Positions 12,051-24,170 of a stretch of DNA of 64,000 nt are shown here, in pieces. Source of the DNA: Octopus sinensis (Eukaryota); assembly GCF_006345805.1 (NCBI RefSeq), contig NC_043014.1:45942001-46006000 (forward strand), written 5' to 3'. The position numbers and the translations under genes are program-made. The notes under the pieces are model-generated. The model made no database searches and was not told where the DNA came from. It worked only from the letters and a program-made list of their open reading frames with translations. The first letter of the stretch is position 1. Each line of letters begins with the position of its first letter.

Positions 12051-12592
12051 ATTTTAAGATAGTAGTGCGTGTTACCAGAGCGGTTTTGGTTACTATTTCT
12101 AGCATGATGAGCGGCTACACAGATGCTCTTTCTCTCTCTCTCTCTCTGTCTCTCTCTCTCTCTTTCGTCGGCTCGGGTGATAGCAGGGATGGTGGAAATT
12201 TGACGAGGTATAATACATAGTAGTAGTAGCGCTAGTGTTAGTGGTTGAAGGCGAAGTAGTTGTGGAGTTAGTATAATATATAAATAGCGAGTGGTATTAT
12301 TTGGCGTTGGTAGTGCAGAGCGGTGATGGTGTGTATGGGGGGGGGACCAGACTTCGTGTGAATAGCTGGGCAAGTAGGTCGAAAGGCGGGTAGATACGTG
12401 AAGTCGCCTGGTGTTGGTGGATGACGCTTCGTGAGTGCGTGCGCTGGCGATTAAACCCTGGAGCTCACATAGAAATAATAATAAACATTCACACACACGC
12501 GCGCGAGAGAGAGAGAGTGGGGATTAAGAGAAAAATGCACAGGGGCGCCAGCTGGATGGAAACTCAATAGGCAAGGGTGTACGCTGGTATGT

Positions 12593-13185
12593 GTTTCTTT
12601 ATTACCCACAAGGGGCTAAACACAGAGGGGACAAACAAGGACAGAGAAACGGATTAAGTCGATTACATCGACCCCAGTGCGTAACTGGTACTTAATTTAT
12701 CGACCCCGAAAGGATGAAAGGCAAAGTCGACCACGGTGGAATTTGAACCCAGAACGTAAAGACAGACGAAATACCTATCTCTTTACCACCCACAAGGGGC
12801 TAAATAAACACAGAGGGGACAAACAAGGACAGACAAACGGATTAAGTCGATTACATCGACCCCAGTGCGTAACTGGTACTTAATGTATCGATCCCGAAAG
12901 GATGAAAGGCAAAGTCGACCTCGGCGGAATTTGAACCCAGAACGTAACGGCAGACGAAATACCTATTTCTTTACTACCCACAAGGAGCTAAACACAGAGG
13001 GGACAAACAAGGACAGACATAGGTATTAAGTCGATTACATCGACCCCAGTGCGTAACTGGTACTTAAAGTATCGATCCCGAAAGAATGAAAGGCAAAGTC
13101 GACCTCGGCGGAATTTGAACCCAGAAAGGTAACGGCAGACGAAATACGGCTACGCATTTCGCCCGGCGTGCTAACGTTTCTGCCA
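12593..13185 (-). mobile_element. SINE-B trimer (one head + three bodies)
   Basis: Junction GACGAAATACCTAT(T/C)TCTTT at ~12770 and ~12960; single head ending at 13185; monomers carry different diagnostic variants. Confidence 0.9.
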
Positions 13186-13252
13186 AGAGGTTTCGAATAA
13201 TTAAAGTTATTAAAATTCAGACATAATATCTATCCATTCATTATCTTCTTTT

Positions 13253-13698
13253 GGCGATCTTTCGTCTCTAGTAGACTTTTCTGTCGATTTCCGTAAATTT
13301 TTTTTTTTTTTTTACGTATGGGCTTGCGGGAACTTTTGAAGTAATATACATACATATACACATACACCGAGTAAAAAATTTCAGTTATCTCTTTCTTTCA
13401 CACATTACTCTCTCTGTCTCTTCACACACACTAACAGAAGCACTTCACTTACACAACATACTGTCTGTCTCCCACACCCCATCAAACACACACACACACA
13501 CACGCACGCACGCACACACACATGTCCATCAATGCTCCCATGCACGGTAACTTCAAAAGAACTTCCCTCGTCATACAATCGCTTTCTCTTAGTCTCTTTC
13601 GCTCTCATTACTTCAAAAGTTCCCGCAAGCCCATATGTAAAAAAAAAAAATTTTTTACGGAAATCGACGGAAAGGTCTACTAGAGACGAAAGATTGCC
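13253..13698. mobile_element. MITE-L with ~95-bp TIRs (GG termini)
   Basis: GGCGATCTTTCGTCTCTAGTAGAC...GAAGTAAT inverted as ATTACTTC...GAGACGAAAGATTGCC; flanks CTTCTTTT / CTTTTTTT (7/8 match, probable 8-bp TSD). Confidence 0.8.
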
Positions 13699-14004
13699 CT
13701 TTTTTTTTTAACTGACAGTAAGACGTTCTTTGAGGGAGATTTGGTTGCTATATCCAGCGAGTTGAGCGACCAGGTATAAAGAAACAATATATGACTGAAC
13801 ACAAAAAAAAAAAAAGCTGCCGGCAGCCCATCCATGACTATCATATTCGATAGTCAGTCAGTCGATGATGGTTCATCGGTCGTCGCTTCAAACTTTGCCA
13901 TACCTTAAATAAACCAGAGAGCCTCTACGTGCCATTTGACATGCTAGAAATAACAGCAAAAAACCTTCCTCGTAATAAATAAAGCCGTATTAGACGATGC
14001 TGCC

Positions 14005-14034
14005 TTAAAAGAATAATAATAATGATAATAATAA

Positions 14035-14073
<39 letters not shown>

Positions 14074-14105
14074 GCAAAGAAGAAGAGGAAGAAGAAGAAG
14101 AGGAA

Positions 14106-14152
<47 letters not shown>

Positions 14153-14225
14153 AGAAGAAAAGAAAAAGAAGAAAAAGAAAAAGAAAAAGAAGAAAAAGAA
14201 AAAGAAGGAGAAGAAGAAGAGATAG
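14005..14225. repeat. (AAT)n-(GAA)n-(GAG/GAA)n-(AAAAAG)n compound repeat; second copy at 15573-15793
   Basis: Direct reading. Confidence 0.95.
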
Positions 14226-14527
14226 TCATGGCTGAAAATGAATGCTTTTGATCAGTGAGTTCTGTTTAATCAGGGCAGATCTTAAAGATCCATTAGGGCT
14301 GATCCGGGGCTAAACAAGAACGATGGCCGAACAAGGTCTTCAGTAAATCACTGGTCGTATGACCTTGTTGTAATATGAGAGAAAAAGTAAGGATAAAAAA
14401 AAAACATTAAAAAAAGCCTCGGCAGTGTTTTCAGTAAACAGGAGGCGCTCAAAAAGAAGAATACGACTAGGTCGCTGGGTACGGTAGAAATAGCAGCCAA
14501 ACTTCCTTCACATCATATCATAGCTAT

Positions 14528-14750
14528 CTATTTCTTTACTACCCACAAGGGGCTTAAACACAGAGGGGACAACAAGGACAGACATAGGTATTAAGTCGAT
14601 TACATCGACCCCAGTGCGTAACTGGTACTTAAAGTATCGATCCCGAAAGAATGAAAGGCAAAGTCGACCTCGGCGGAATTTGAACCCAGAAAGGTAACGG
14701 CAGACGAAATACGGCTACGCATTTCGCCCGGCGTGCTAACGTTTCTGCCA
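14528..14750 (-). mobile_element. Hybrid SINE-B at the duplication junction
   Basis: Tail variant GGCTTAAAC matches the 16099 copy; body/head variants (GACATAGG, AAAGTATCGATCCCGAAAGAATG, AAAGGTAACG) match the 12965-13185 copy. Confidence 0.85.
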
Positions 14751-14817
14751 AGAGGTTTCGAATAATTAAAGTTATTAAAATTCAGACATAATATCTATCC
14801 ATTCATTATCTTCTTTT

Positions 14818-15264
14818 GGCGATCTTTCGTCTCTAGTAGACTTTTCTGTCGATTTCCGTAAATTTTTTTTTTTTTTTACGTATGGGCTTGCGGGAACTTT
14901 TGAAGTAATATACATACATATACACATACACCGAGTAAAAAATTTCAGTTATCTCTTTCTTTCACACATTACTCTCTCTGTCTCTTCACACACACTTACA
15001 GAAGCACTTCACTTACACAACATACTGTCTGTCTCCCACACCCCATCAAACACACACACACACACACGCACGCACGCACACACACATGTCCATCAATGCT
15101 TCCCATGCACGGTAACTTCAAAAGAACTTCCCTCGTCATACAATCGCTTTCTCTTAGTCTCTTTCGCTCTCATTACTTCAAAAGTTCCCGCAAGCCCATA
15201 TGTAAAAAAAAAAAAATTTTTTACGGAAATCGACGGAAAGGTCTACTAGAGACGAAAGATTGCC
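14818..15264. mobile_element. MITE-L, duplicate copy
   Basis: Same TIRs as 13253-13698, inside the second duplication unit. Confidence 0.8.
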
Positions 15265-15602
15265 CTTTTTTTTTTTAACTGACAGTAAGACGTTCTTTGA
15301 GGGAGATTTGGTTGCTATATCCAGCGAGTTGAGCGACCAGGTATAAAGAAACAATATATGATTGAACACAAAAAAAAAAAAAAGCTGCCGGCAGCCCATC
15401 CATGACTATCATATTCGATAGTCAGTCAGTCGATGATGGTTCATCGGTCGTCGCTTCAAACTTTGCCATACCTTAAATAAACCAGAGAGCCTCTACGTGC
15501 CATTTGACATGCTAGAAATAACAGCAAAAAACCTTCCTCGTAATAAATAAAGCCGTATTAGACGATGCTGCCTTAAAAGAATAATAATAATGATAATAAT
15601 AA

Positions 15603-15641
<39 letters not shown>

Positions 15642-16098
15642 GCAAAGAAGAAGAGGAAGTAGAGGAGGAAGAAGTGGAAGAGGAGGAACAAGAGGAAGAT
15701 GAAGAAGAGGAAGAAGAAGAAGAAAAGAAAAAGAAAAAGAAGAAAAAGAAAAAGAAAAAGAAGAAAAAGAAAAAGAAGGAGAAGAAGAAGAGATAGTCAT
15801 GGCTGAAAATGAATGCTTTTGATCAGTGAGTTCTGTTTAATCAGGGCAGATCTTAAAGATCCATTAGGGCTGATCCGGGGCTAAACAAGAACGATGGCCG
15901 AACAAGGTCTTCAGTAAATCACTAGTCGTATGACCTTGTTGTAATATGAGAGAAAAAGTAAGGATAAAAAAAAAACATTAAAAAAAGCCTCGGCAGTGTT
16001 TTCAGTAAACAGGAGGCGCTCAAAAAGAAGAATACGACTAGGTCGCTGGGTACGGTAGAAATAGCAGCCAAACTTCCTTCACATCATATCATAGCTAT

Positions 16099-16506
16099 CT
16101 ATTTCTTTACTACCCACAAGGGGCTTAAACACAGAGGGGACAAACAAGGACAGACAAACAGATTAAGTTGATTATATCGACCCCAGTGTGTAACTGGTAC
16201 TTAATTTATCGACCCCGAAAGGATGAAAGGCAAAGTCGACCTCGGCGGAATTCGAACTCAGAACGTAACGGCAGACGAAATACCTATTTCTTTATTACCC
16301 ACAAGGGGCTAAACACAGATCGGACAAACAAGGATAGACATAGGTATTAAGTCGATTACATCGACCCCAGTGCGTAACTGGTACTTAATTTATCGACCTC
16401 GAAAGGATGAAAGGCAAAGTCGACCTCGACGGAATTCGAACTCAGAACGTAACGGCAGACGAAATACCACTAAGCATTTCGCCCGGCGTGCTAACGATCT
16501 TGCCAG
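16099..16506 (-). mobile_element. SINE-B dimer
   Basis: Two bodies joined at GAAATACCTATTTCTTT (~16280), one head. Confidence 0.88.
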
Positions 16507-18492
16507 GAAAGAGATAGGGACACGTTAGAGATAATGTGGTCCTGGATGCACTATGGGAAGGTCACAGCTGGAACGGTTTTGTCGACAGATCTGTTCAATC
16601 AGAGCTGAGTTGATGCGAAACATCAACAAAATGAGTGGACTTGGGGAATTCGTGTTCATTTCTTAAGCAGCTTCGCTTTTTTCGTGTGTTTCTCCCACAT
16701 CCGGCTCGAGCAATACTGTCAAGCTAGCAGCTCCGGGATCGATCTCACTGCACAGCACCTTGAACCTTTTACTCTTTACCACTAGCCGAGCGAAACTGTA
16801 CTTATTCTTAAACGGTCGGCTTAGATTCGTCGTCCAATTTCTCCACTACGACCCCTTTCCCAGGCAAAGCAATGCACTAGTGTCCCTTCACACTCGACCC
16901 CAGCATCAGCATTAGGGTCTCAGAGAAAGGCCTAGCGTACCTACTTCCACAACTGCTAGTACCCGGCTTTATGGGTACCTTCAACGGAGTCCACTGCGTT
17001 GCAAGTATTTCGACCAGGTTCCCGGTTTGAGCATAAATTTGATAAGTTGGATCGCCGTTTTCTACCGCAACAACCTACGGGGTTGTTGTTTCTCTATGCC
17101 TGCCTTTCACGAGCAGTAACCTCACCAATTTCAGAGGCTCTGGCAAATAAAGGTCAAGGTCAGAGATCATTGCCCTTTCTCTTCTCCCCGAAGCTATAAA
17201 AACATACAAAGCAGACGAGAGAGAGAGAGAGAGAGAGAGGTTGGAAAAGAACGAGACTATTTTTCAAACACAGATAATGTAGACTACTATTTTTCTAACA
17301 GAAGAGAAATGGAAGGAAGTAAACAAGACAAAAAAAGAAAAACGGTTCAATATAAAGTATAGAGGAGCAACAGTCATTAGCTTGCTGGTTGCTTTAGCTT
17401 CAAGTTGGCCCTGATCAAGCATACATATAAACAAAAGCATTTTAATCGAGGCCGCCCCACATATATTAACGAATATCTGCGATTATATATTCTGTCCTTT
17501 TATTTTCTGTTTGAGACGGTAGGGTGTTTGATTTCAGGGAAATTTGGCTACTATTTCTAACAGGTAGTTCAGCTACGAAGAAGCTACCACAACAGCACAT
17601 AGAATAGTTTGTTGTTTATAATACGAGGTCAATGATGATCGAATGGACGTGTGATCAAGAGGCGTTCCAGCTGTGACCATCTCGGATTAAGGACTATTAT
17701 TATTATCATTATTTGTGTTCTTTCCTTGTCTCTTTAAGACGGCAAGATGTGTGATTTGAGTGAGGGAGAGATCATTGCTGCTATTTCTTGCATTGCAGGC
17801 CATTTCTTAAGTGCGCAGTAGAATACGCCGAGGAAAAAAAGAGCGGTGGCTGCGAGAAGGAGCTGTGCAGAAAGGAAAGTGTGTGTGTGTGTTGAAATAC
17901 GAAAAGAAGTGGGGGGGGGGGTGATGCGAAGTAGAAAGCAACAAGCGCGGGGCGGCTAGAAAAGACGGGCTGGCTGGCTGCTTAGTCGGTTGGCGAAAAA
18001 ACGAAAACAGCTGATCAGGACAGGATTTTAAGGTAGAGATGGGTGTTTGTTTGAAGCTAGGCCGACTGACAGATCCAAATCTGCCGGCGACTACCACCAC
18101 CACCACTACTACTACTACTACTACGCACAACACCTGTCGCATTCTCCGAGCTTCTGTGTATGTGTGTGTGTGTGTATGGAGAGAGAGAGAGAGAAAGGAT
18201 TATTTATGTATGTGTCGCTCGGACTAACGCAAGGCGACTTAGCTACTCGGAGTAGCGACGGGGAGTGAACTCGCCATTTTTTGAACGAACCAATAATTAT
18301 ACTTTAGTGCATGTGTTAAATACTAGTATATCTCCATTTTGTAATACACACACAGATATACATATCTGTGTGTGAGAGAGAGAGACAGGGTGCGGAGAGA
18401 TAAATTCTGTTTTTGGGTAGAATTGGGTGATTACGTGTAAATAGAATGTGTTGTATACTGATTACATATAATTAAGTGTGTGTGTGTATGTG

Positions 18493-18548
<56 letters not shown>

Positions 18549-18579
18549 CATATACAATGCATTTAATATAATAATAATA

Positions 18580-18741
18580 GGCGCAGGAGTGGCTGTGTGG
18601 TAAGTAGCTTGCTTACCAAGCATACGGTTCCGGGTTCAGTCCCACTGCGTGGCACCTTGGGCAAGTGTCTTCTACTATATTCTCGGGCTGACCAAAGCCT
18701 TGTGAGTGCATTTGGTAGACGAAAACTGAAAGAAGCCCGTC

Positions 18742-18787
<46 letters not shown>

Positions 18788-19030
18788 ATGTGTGTGTGTA
18801 TGTATATGTGTGTGTGTTTGTGTGTCTGTGTTTGTCCCCCTAGCATTGCTTGACAACCGATGCTGGTGTGTTTACGTCCCCGTTACTTAGCGGTTCGGCA
18901 AAAGAGAACCGATAGAATAAGTACTGGGCTTACAAAGAATAAGTCCCGGGGTCGATTTGCTCGACTAAAAAGGCGGTGCTCCAGCATGGCCGCAGTCTAA
19001 TGACTGAAACGAGTAAACAAGTAAACAAGA
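18580..19030 (+). mobile_element. SINE-A, full length
   Basis: GGCGCAGGAGTGGCTGTGTGGTAAG start; internal (TA)n(TG)n; AGTAAACA tandem tail. Confidence 0.9.
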
Positions 19031-19066
19031 ATATATATACATAGCTAATAACTACCTGTAACAAAA

Positions 19067-19098
<32 letters not shown>

Positions 19099-19364
19099 CA
19101 CATTTCTGCTGTCTGTTCTTGTTTTTGACAGAATACAAAACACCTTTACAGCTTCATAGAGGAAAATACAATGTAACACTGTGATGTCCATGCCTTTCTT
19201 CTCAGCCACTAAGCCGCGTAAATTAAAGAAGAAGAAGAGTAAAAAAAAATGAGAAAGAGTTGCCGGTAGCTTATTTCACGCTCCACAGCACTCGCCGCCA
19301 AGTGTTACATAACAAATATTTATTTCTCTTGAATGTGAAACCAGGTCAAATTTCGTAAAAGGAG

Positions 19365-19960
19365 GTCGGAGGAGAAAGAGGGAGGACAAAAGAAGAGAGG
19401 GGGTGGGAGGAATGGGGAAAAGAGGGTTGGAGGGAGGAGAGAGAGGGAGGGAGAGATAAGGCGAGAGAGAAAAGGTGGGTGAGAGGAGTGAAGGACAAGG
19501 CGGAAGGAAGGGAAGGAGAGATGAAAGGGAGAGGGCGAGATGAAGAGAGACGGAAGAAAAGAAAGAGGGAGGACAAAAGAAGAGAGGGGGTGGGAGGAAG
19601 GGGGAAAGAGGGTTGGAGGGAGGGAGAGAAAAGGTGGGTGAGGGAGTGAAGGACAAGGCGGAAGGAAGGGAAGGAGAGATGAAAGGGAGAGGGCGTGATG
19701 AAGAGATAGGGGGGGAGAGAAAGAGACGGAAGAAAAGAAAGAGGGAGGACAAAAGAAGAGAGGGGGTGGGAGGAATGGGGGAAAGAGGGAGGGAGGGAGA
19801 GAAAAGGTGGGTGAGGGAGTGAAGGACAAGGCGGAAGGAAGGGAAGGAGAGATGAAAGGGAGAGGGCGTGATGAAGAGATAGGGGGAGAGAAAGAGAGAC
19901 GGGGGAATAGAGAGAGAAAAAACGAAAGAAGGGGAGGGAAATAAGAAAAGACGGTTTAGA
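19365..19960. repeat. Polypurine tandem repeat, three units of ~176-186 bp
   Basis: GAGGGAGGACAAAAGAAGAG at 19379, 19565, 19741; almost no pyrimidines on the + strand. Confidence 0.88.
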
Positions 19961-20161
19961 AGAATCTTAAAAGCAACAGAGGATGGACACTTAGTTCGTT
20001 GTTCCTCTCTCCGCTAAGACAAAACCTCGTCACTCGTCTTTATGACTTGTAAAGCCTTAAGTATACGTGCCGACGAAAGGGGCCCCTATGTGGCCGCTCA
20101 ATCTGCAAGAAAAAGCAGCTTGTCGTCTTGAAGAATAAGAAACTCGTGCAAGATAATGTAG

Positions 20162-20573
20162 GGATCTTTTCGGTTTGAACGGCAGTTTTTTAAAATAATT
20201 TCTAGGTAACTAAAAATTTTAAACTTTGTATACTGGTAGAATGTGTTTATAAAACATTTTTTTCTCTTGGCTTTATTGAGAAAATTCTATAGATTGTAAG
20301 ATATTTCTTGTTTTTTTTTTCTGCAATTTCAACCAATCAATGACGTCCATTGAGGTAAAAAAAACATTCTGTGCCGTATGAATATGTCCCTCGTTTAAGA
20401 AACAGATTGGGTTTATTTACATTTGTGAAGAAAAAAAGATACCCTTCCCTCCACCCTAAACCCTAACCCTAAAACAGATTGAAATGCAATAGATCGATAC
20501 AAGGGTCATAATTATGGGTGACAATTTCAAATGACACCGCTAGAAAAAACTGCCGTTCAAACCGAAAATATCC
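20162..20573 (+). mobile_element. MITE-D, complete
   Basis: Both TIRs; 8-bp TSD TAATGTAG (20154-20161 / 20574-20581). Confidence 0.95.
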
Positions 20574-20760
20574 TAATGTAGTCCTAGATAGAAACGTGTT
20601 GCTCATATTCGAAATAGTTTTGAGTATAAGTCTGTTCCATAAGAATTTTGACAACAGAAACAACTTCTACCTCAGTACACACACACACACACACACACAA
20701 GCGCGTATATAAAATAAAACAAATCTGCATATATCCATACATACATACATACATACATCT

Positions 20761-21079
20761 GAGACCCCCTTCGGTCACGAAACAGACCATGGGATTGCAC
20801 CTAAAAAGTTACCCTCCCAGGCTCAAGTCCGGGCAAGGTTGTTTATGGAAGACCAGCAGTCGCCCATGCATACCAGCCTCCCCTCTCCACGCCACCAGTG
20901 TTATCCAAGGGAAAGACAAAGGTCGATACAGCTTGGCACCTGTGACGTCGCAACTCATTTCTACAGCTGAGTGAACTGGAGCAACGTGAAATAAAGTGTC
21001 TTCCTCAAGAACACAACACGCAGCTCGGTCCAGGATTCGAGCTCACAACCTCACGCTCTAACCACTGAGCCATGCGCCT
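20761..21079 (-). mobile_element. SINE family H, tail type 2
   Basis: tRNA head TGGCTCAGTGGTTAGAG..; body identical in layout to 3314-3608. Confidence 0.82.
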
Positions 21080-21409
21080 TTACTACATACATACATACAT
21101 ACAAACAAAAATACCCTGCTGATGTTGAAATTCCAATGGAGGAGCCTTGCATCGAGGTTAGAAACTAGTTCTTTCTGTATTGGTAAGAAATCATGAAATA
21201 AAACTGAACTTAGCAGGCACTCAGCGATCGGCAATCTTGGAAGGCAGTTAAACTAAGAGTAGGGCATTTCCGAGCACCAAGTGTCACTGTCTATGAGTGA
21301 TTGATAGGAGGTGAAAGTTAAGGGAGTTAAATCGATTCGGATGCAAAGTCGGGGTCCACTAGCGCTAGACATCCTTTATTCAGCCTAGAGACGTAACGAG
21401 TGACTTAAT

Positions 21410-21650
21410 AGTGCATTAGAGGTTAGGGTATTCGGCTCGCGATTGTAAGGTTGTGAGTTCGATTCCCGGCGACGCGTTGCGTCCTTGAGCAAGACACTTT
21501 ATTTCACGTTGCTCCAGTCCACTCAGCTGGCAAAAATGAGTTGTACCTGTATTTCAAAGGACCAACCTTGTCACAGTTTGTGTCACGCTGAATCTCCCTG
21601 AGAACTACGTTAAGGGTACGCGTGTCTGTGGATTGCTCAGTCACTTCCAT
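21410..21650 (+). mobile_element. SINE family H, tail type 3
   Basis: B-box GAGTTCGATTCCC, shared CCTTGAGCAAGACACTTTATTTCACGTTGCTCCAGTCCACTCAGCTG, then a tail also seen at 44225-44435. Confidence 0.8.
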
Positions 21651-22307
21651 ATCTACATATATAGCATTCTTCCGGTTTAAGATGACAAAGTGAAAGTGGA
21701 AATAGCGACACTATTATCCAGGTCAACAAAGATTTTTCTGAGATTGGGACTTCACTTTCATTTAGCAACCATAGAGAGGAGGATCACCACACACATGTGT
21801 ACGTGTGTGCGAGTGTGCAGGCATTAACTCCAAGTTGGCTCTTCGTTTCGCTTTTCGCATTTAAACATTCCGCTTTTTATACTTTTGATCCACCTTTTTT
21901 GTTTTTTAAAGAGTAAATGTTTAAAAAGTTATTTCGTTAATTGATTTGTTTCCATTGTTATGTAGAAATATTTTCCTAAAAATAAAGGTGACTGGAGTGA
22001 CATTTTAAGTATGCAAAAATGTCAAACAAAAAAAAGAACAAAAGTAGAGAAAACAAAACAGTAAAAAGCGGAAGTGCTAAAAAAGCGAAATTGTTCAATG
22101 TCAAAAAAAAAAGAGAGAGAAAAGAAAATGGAAAAAAACGAATCTGGTCTAGAACCGAAACGTCGCCAACAACCGCTACTAAAAGCCAGGACTACAATAA
22201 ATACAGAGGTGGTGGCAGAGGTGGCTATGGTAACAGTTATAGCACTGAATACAGGCGATGCCTTTGACTAGTCAAATTTTGTTATTGTTTTTGTTGGATA
22301 AAATTTG

Positions 22308-22735
22308 GCATCTTTTCGGTTTGACCGGCAGTTTTTAAAAATAATTTCCACGTAACTAAACACTTTTAAACTTCATATACTGGTAGAATGTGTTTATAAA
22401 ACATCTTTTTCTCTTGGCTTTATTGAGAAAATTCTACGGTTTGTAAGATATCTGTTGTTTTTTCTTCAATTTCTGCAATTTCAACCAATCACTGACGTCT
22501 ATTGAGGTAAAAAAAAACATTCTGTGCCGTATGAATATGTCCCTCGTTTAAGAAACAGATTGGGTTTATTTACATTTGTGAATAAAAATAGATACCCTTC
22601 CCCCCACCCCAACCCTAGCTAACCCTAACCCTAAAACAGATTGAAATGCAATAGATCGATACTAGGGTCATAATTATGGGTGACAATTTCATATGACACC
22701 GCTAGAAAAAACTGCCGTTCAAACCGAATAGATCC
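22308..22735 (+). mobile_element. MITE-D, no TSD
   Basis: Both TIRs (left variant GCATCTTTTCGG); right end begins the 170-bp tandem array. Confidence 0.9.
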
Positions 22736-24170
22736 CGGTTTATTTAGTGTAGCACTGTCCAAGTGTTGGTTTTCGTTGAAGACTGCAAGATGCGGTGATT
22801 TGAGGGACATTTGACTGCTGTTTCTAGCAAGCAGGCCAAGCCACCACAAAGAGGCGTATCTCGTTGGATTGGTAGAAAAAACTGCCGTTCAAACCGAAAA
22901 GATCCCGGTTTATTTAGTATATATTTCTTTACTACCCACAAGGGGCTAAACATAGAGGGGACAAACAAGGACAGACGAAGGGATTGAGTCGATTATATCG
23001 TCCCCAGTGCGAAACTGGTACTTTATCGACCCCGAAAGGATGAAAGGTAAAGTTGAACTCGGCGGAATTTGAACTCACAACGTAACGACAGACGAAATAC
23101 TTATTTCTTTATTACCCACAAGAGGCTAAACATAGAGGGGACAAACAAGGACAGACATAGGTATTAAGTCGATTATATCGACCCCGGTGCGTAACTGGTA
23201 CTTAATTTATCGACCCCGAAAGTATGAAAGGCAAAGTCGACCTCGGCGGAATTTGAACTCAGAACGTAACGACAGACGAAATACCTATTTCTTTATTACC
23301 CACAAGGGGCTAAACAAGGACAGACATAGGTATTAAGTCGATTACATCGACCCCGGTGCGTAACTGGTACTTAATTTATCGACCCCGAAAGGATGAAAGG
23401 CAAAGTTGACCTCGGCGGAATTTGAACTCAGAACGTAACGACAGACGAAATACCTATTTCTTTATTACCCACAAGGGGCTAAACACAGAGGGGACAAACA
23501 AGGACAGACATAGGTATTAAGTCGATTACATCGACCCCGGTGCGTAACTGGTACTTAATTTATCGACCCCGAAAGGATGAAAGGCAAAGTCGACCTCGGC
23601 GGAATTCGAACTCACAATGTAACGACAGACGAAATACCGCTAAGCATTTCGCCTGGCGTGCTAACGTGTCTGCCAGCTTGCCGCCTTTTAAAGTTATTTA
23701 GTATAGCACTGTCCAAGTGTTGGTTTTCGTTGAAGACTGCAAGATGCGGTGGTTTTGAGGGACATTTGACTGCTGTTTCTAGCAAGCAGGCCAAGCCACC
23801 ACAAAGGGGCGTATCTCGTTGGATTGGTAGAAAAAACTGCCGTTCAAACCGAAAAGATCCCGGTTTATTTAGTATAGTACTGTCCAAGTGTTGGTTTTCG
23901 TTGAAGAGTGCAAGATGCGATGGTTTGAGGGACATTTGACTGCTGTTTCTAGCAAGCAGGCCAAGCCACCACAAAGGGGCGTATCTCGTTGGATTGGTAG
24001 AAAAAACTGCCGTTCAAACCGAAAAGATCCCGGTTTATTTAGTATAGTACTGTCCAAGTGTTGGTTTTCGTTGAAGACTGCAAGATGCGGTGGTTTTGAG
24101 GGACATTTGACTGCTGTTTCTAGCAAGCAGGCCAAGCCACCACAAAGAGGCGCATCTCGTTGGATTGGTT
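22706..24170. repeat. Tandem array of a 170-bp unit = MITE-D right TIR + 140 bp of flank, interrupted by a SINE-B tetramer
   Basis: GATCC TIR ends at 22735, 22905, 23860 and 24030 (period 170), each followed by CGGTTTATTTAG. Confidence 0.92.
22922..23693 (-). mobile_element. SINE-B tetramer
   Basis: Four bodies (periods 184, 169, 184) and one head; flanked by 12-bp TSD TTATTTAGTATA (22910-22921 / 23694-23705). Confidence 0.92.

Larger units (their letters stand above)
13000..16140. repeat. Tandem duplication of a ~1.57-kb unit (two copies)
   Basis: Offsets of 1565-1571 between identical landmarks (13081/14646, 13981/15549, 14521/16092). Confidence 0.95.

Noticed and set aside
16620-17200. 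Unique GC-richer stretch as a LINE/ORF remnant
   Set aside because: No recognisable RT, endonuclease or other motif in any frame.
22922-23693. SINE-B multimers as hammerhead retrozymes
   Set aside because: No CUGANGA/GAAA core on either strand of the monomer; the nested TSD at 31.3 kb offers a simpler explanation.
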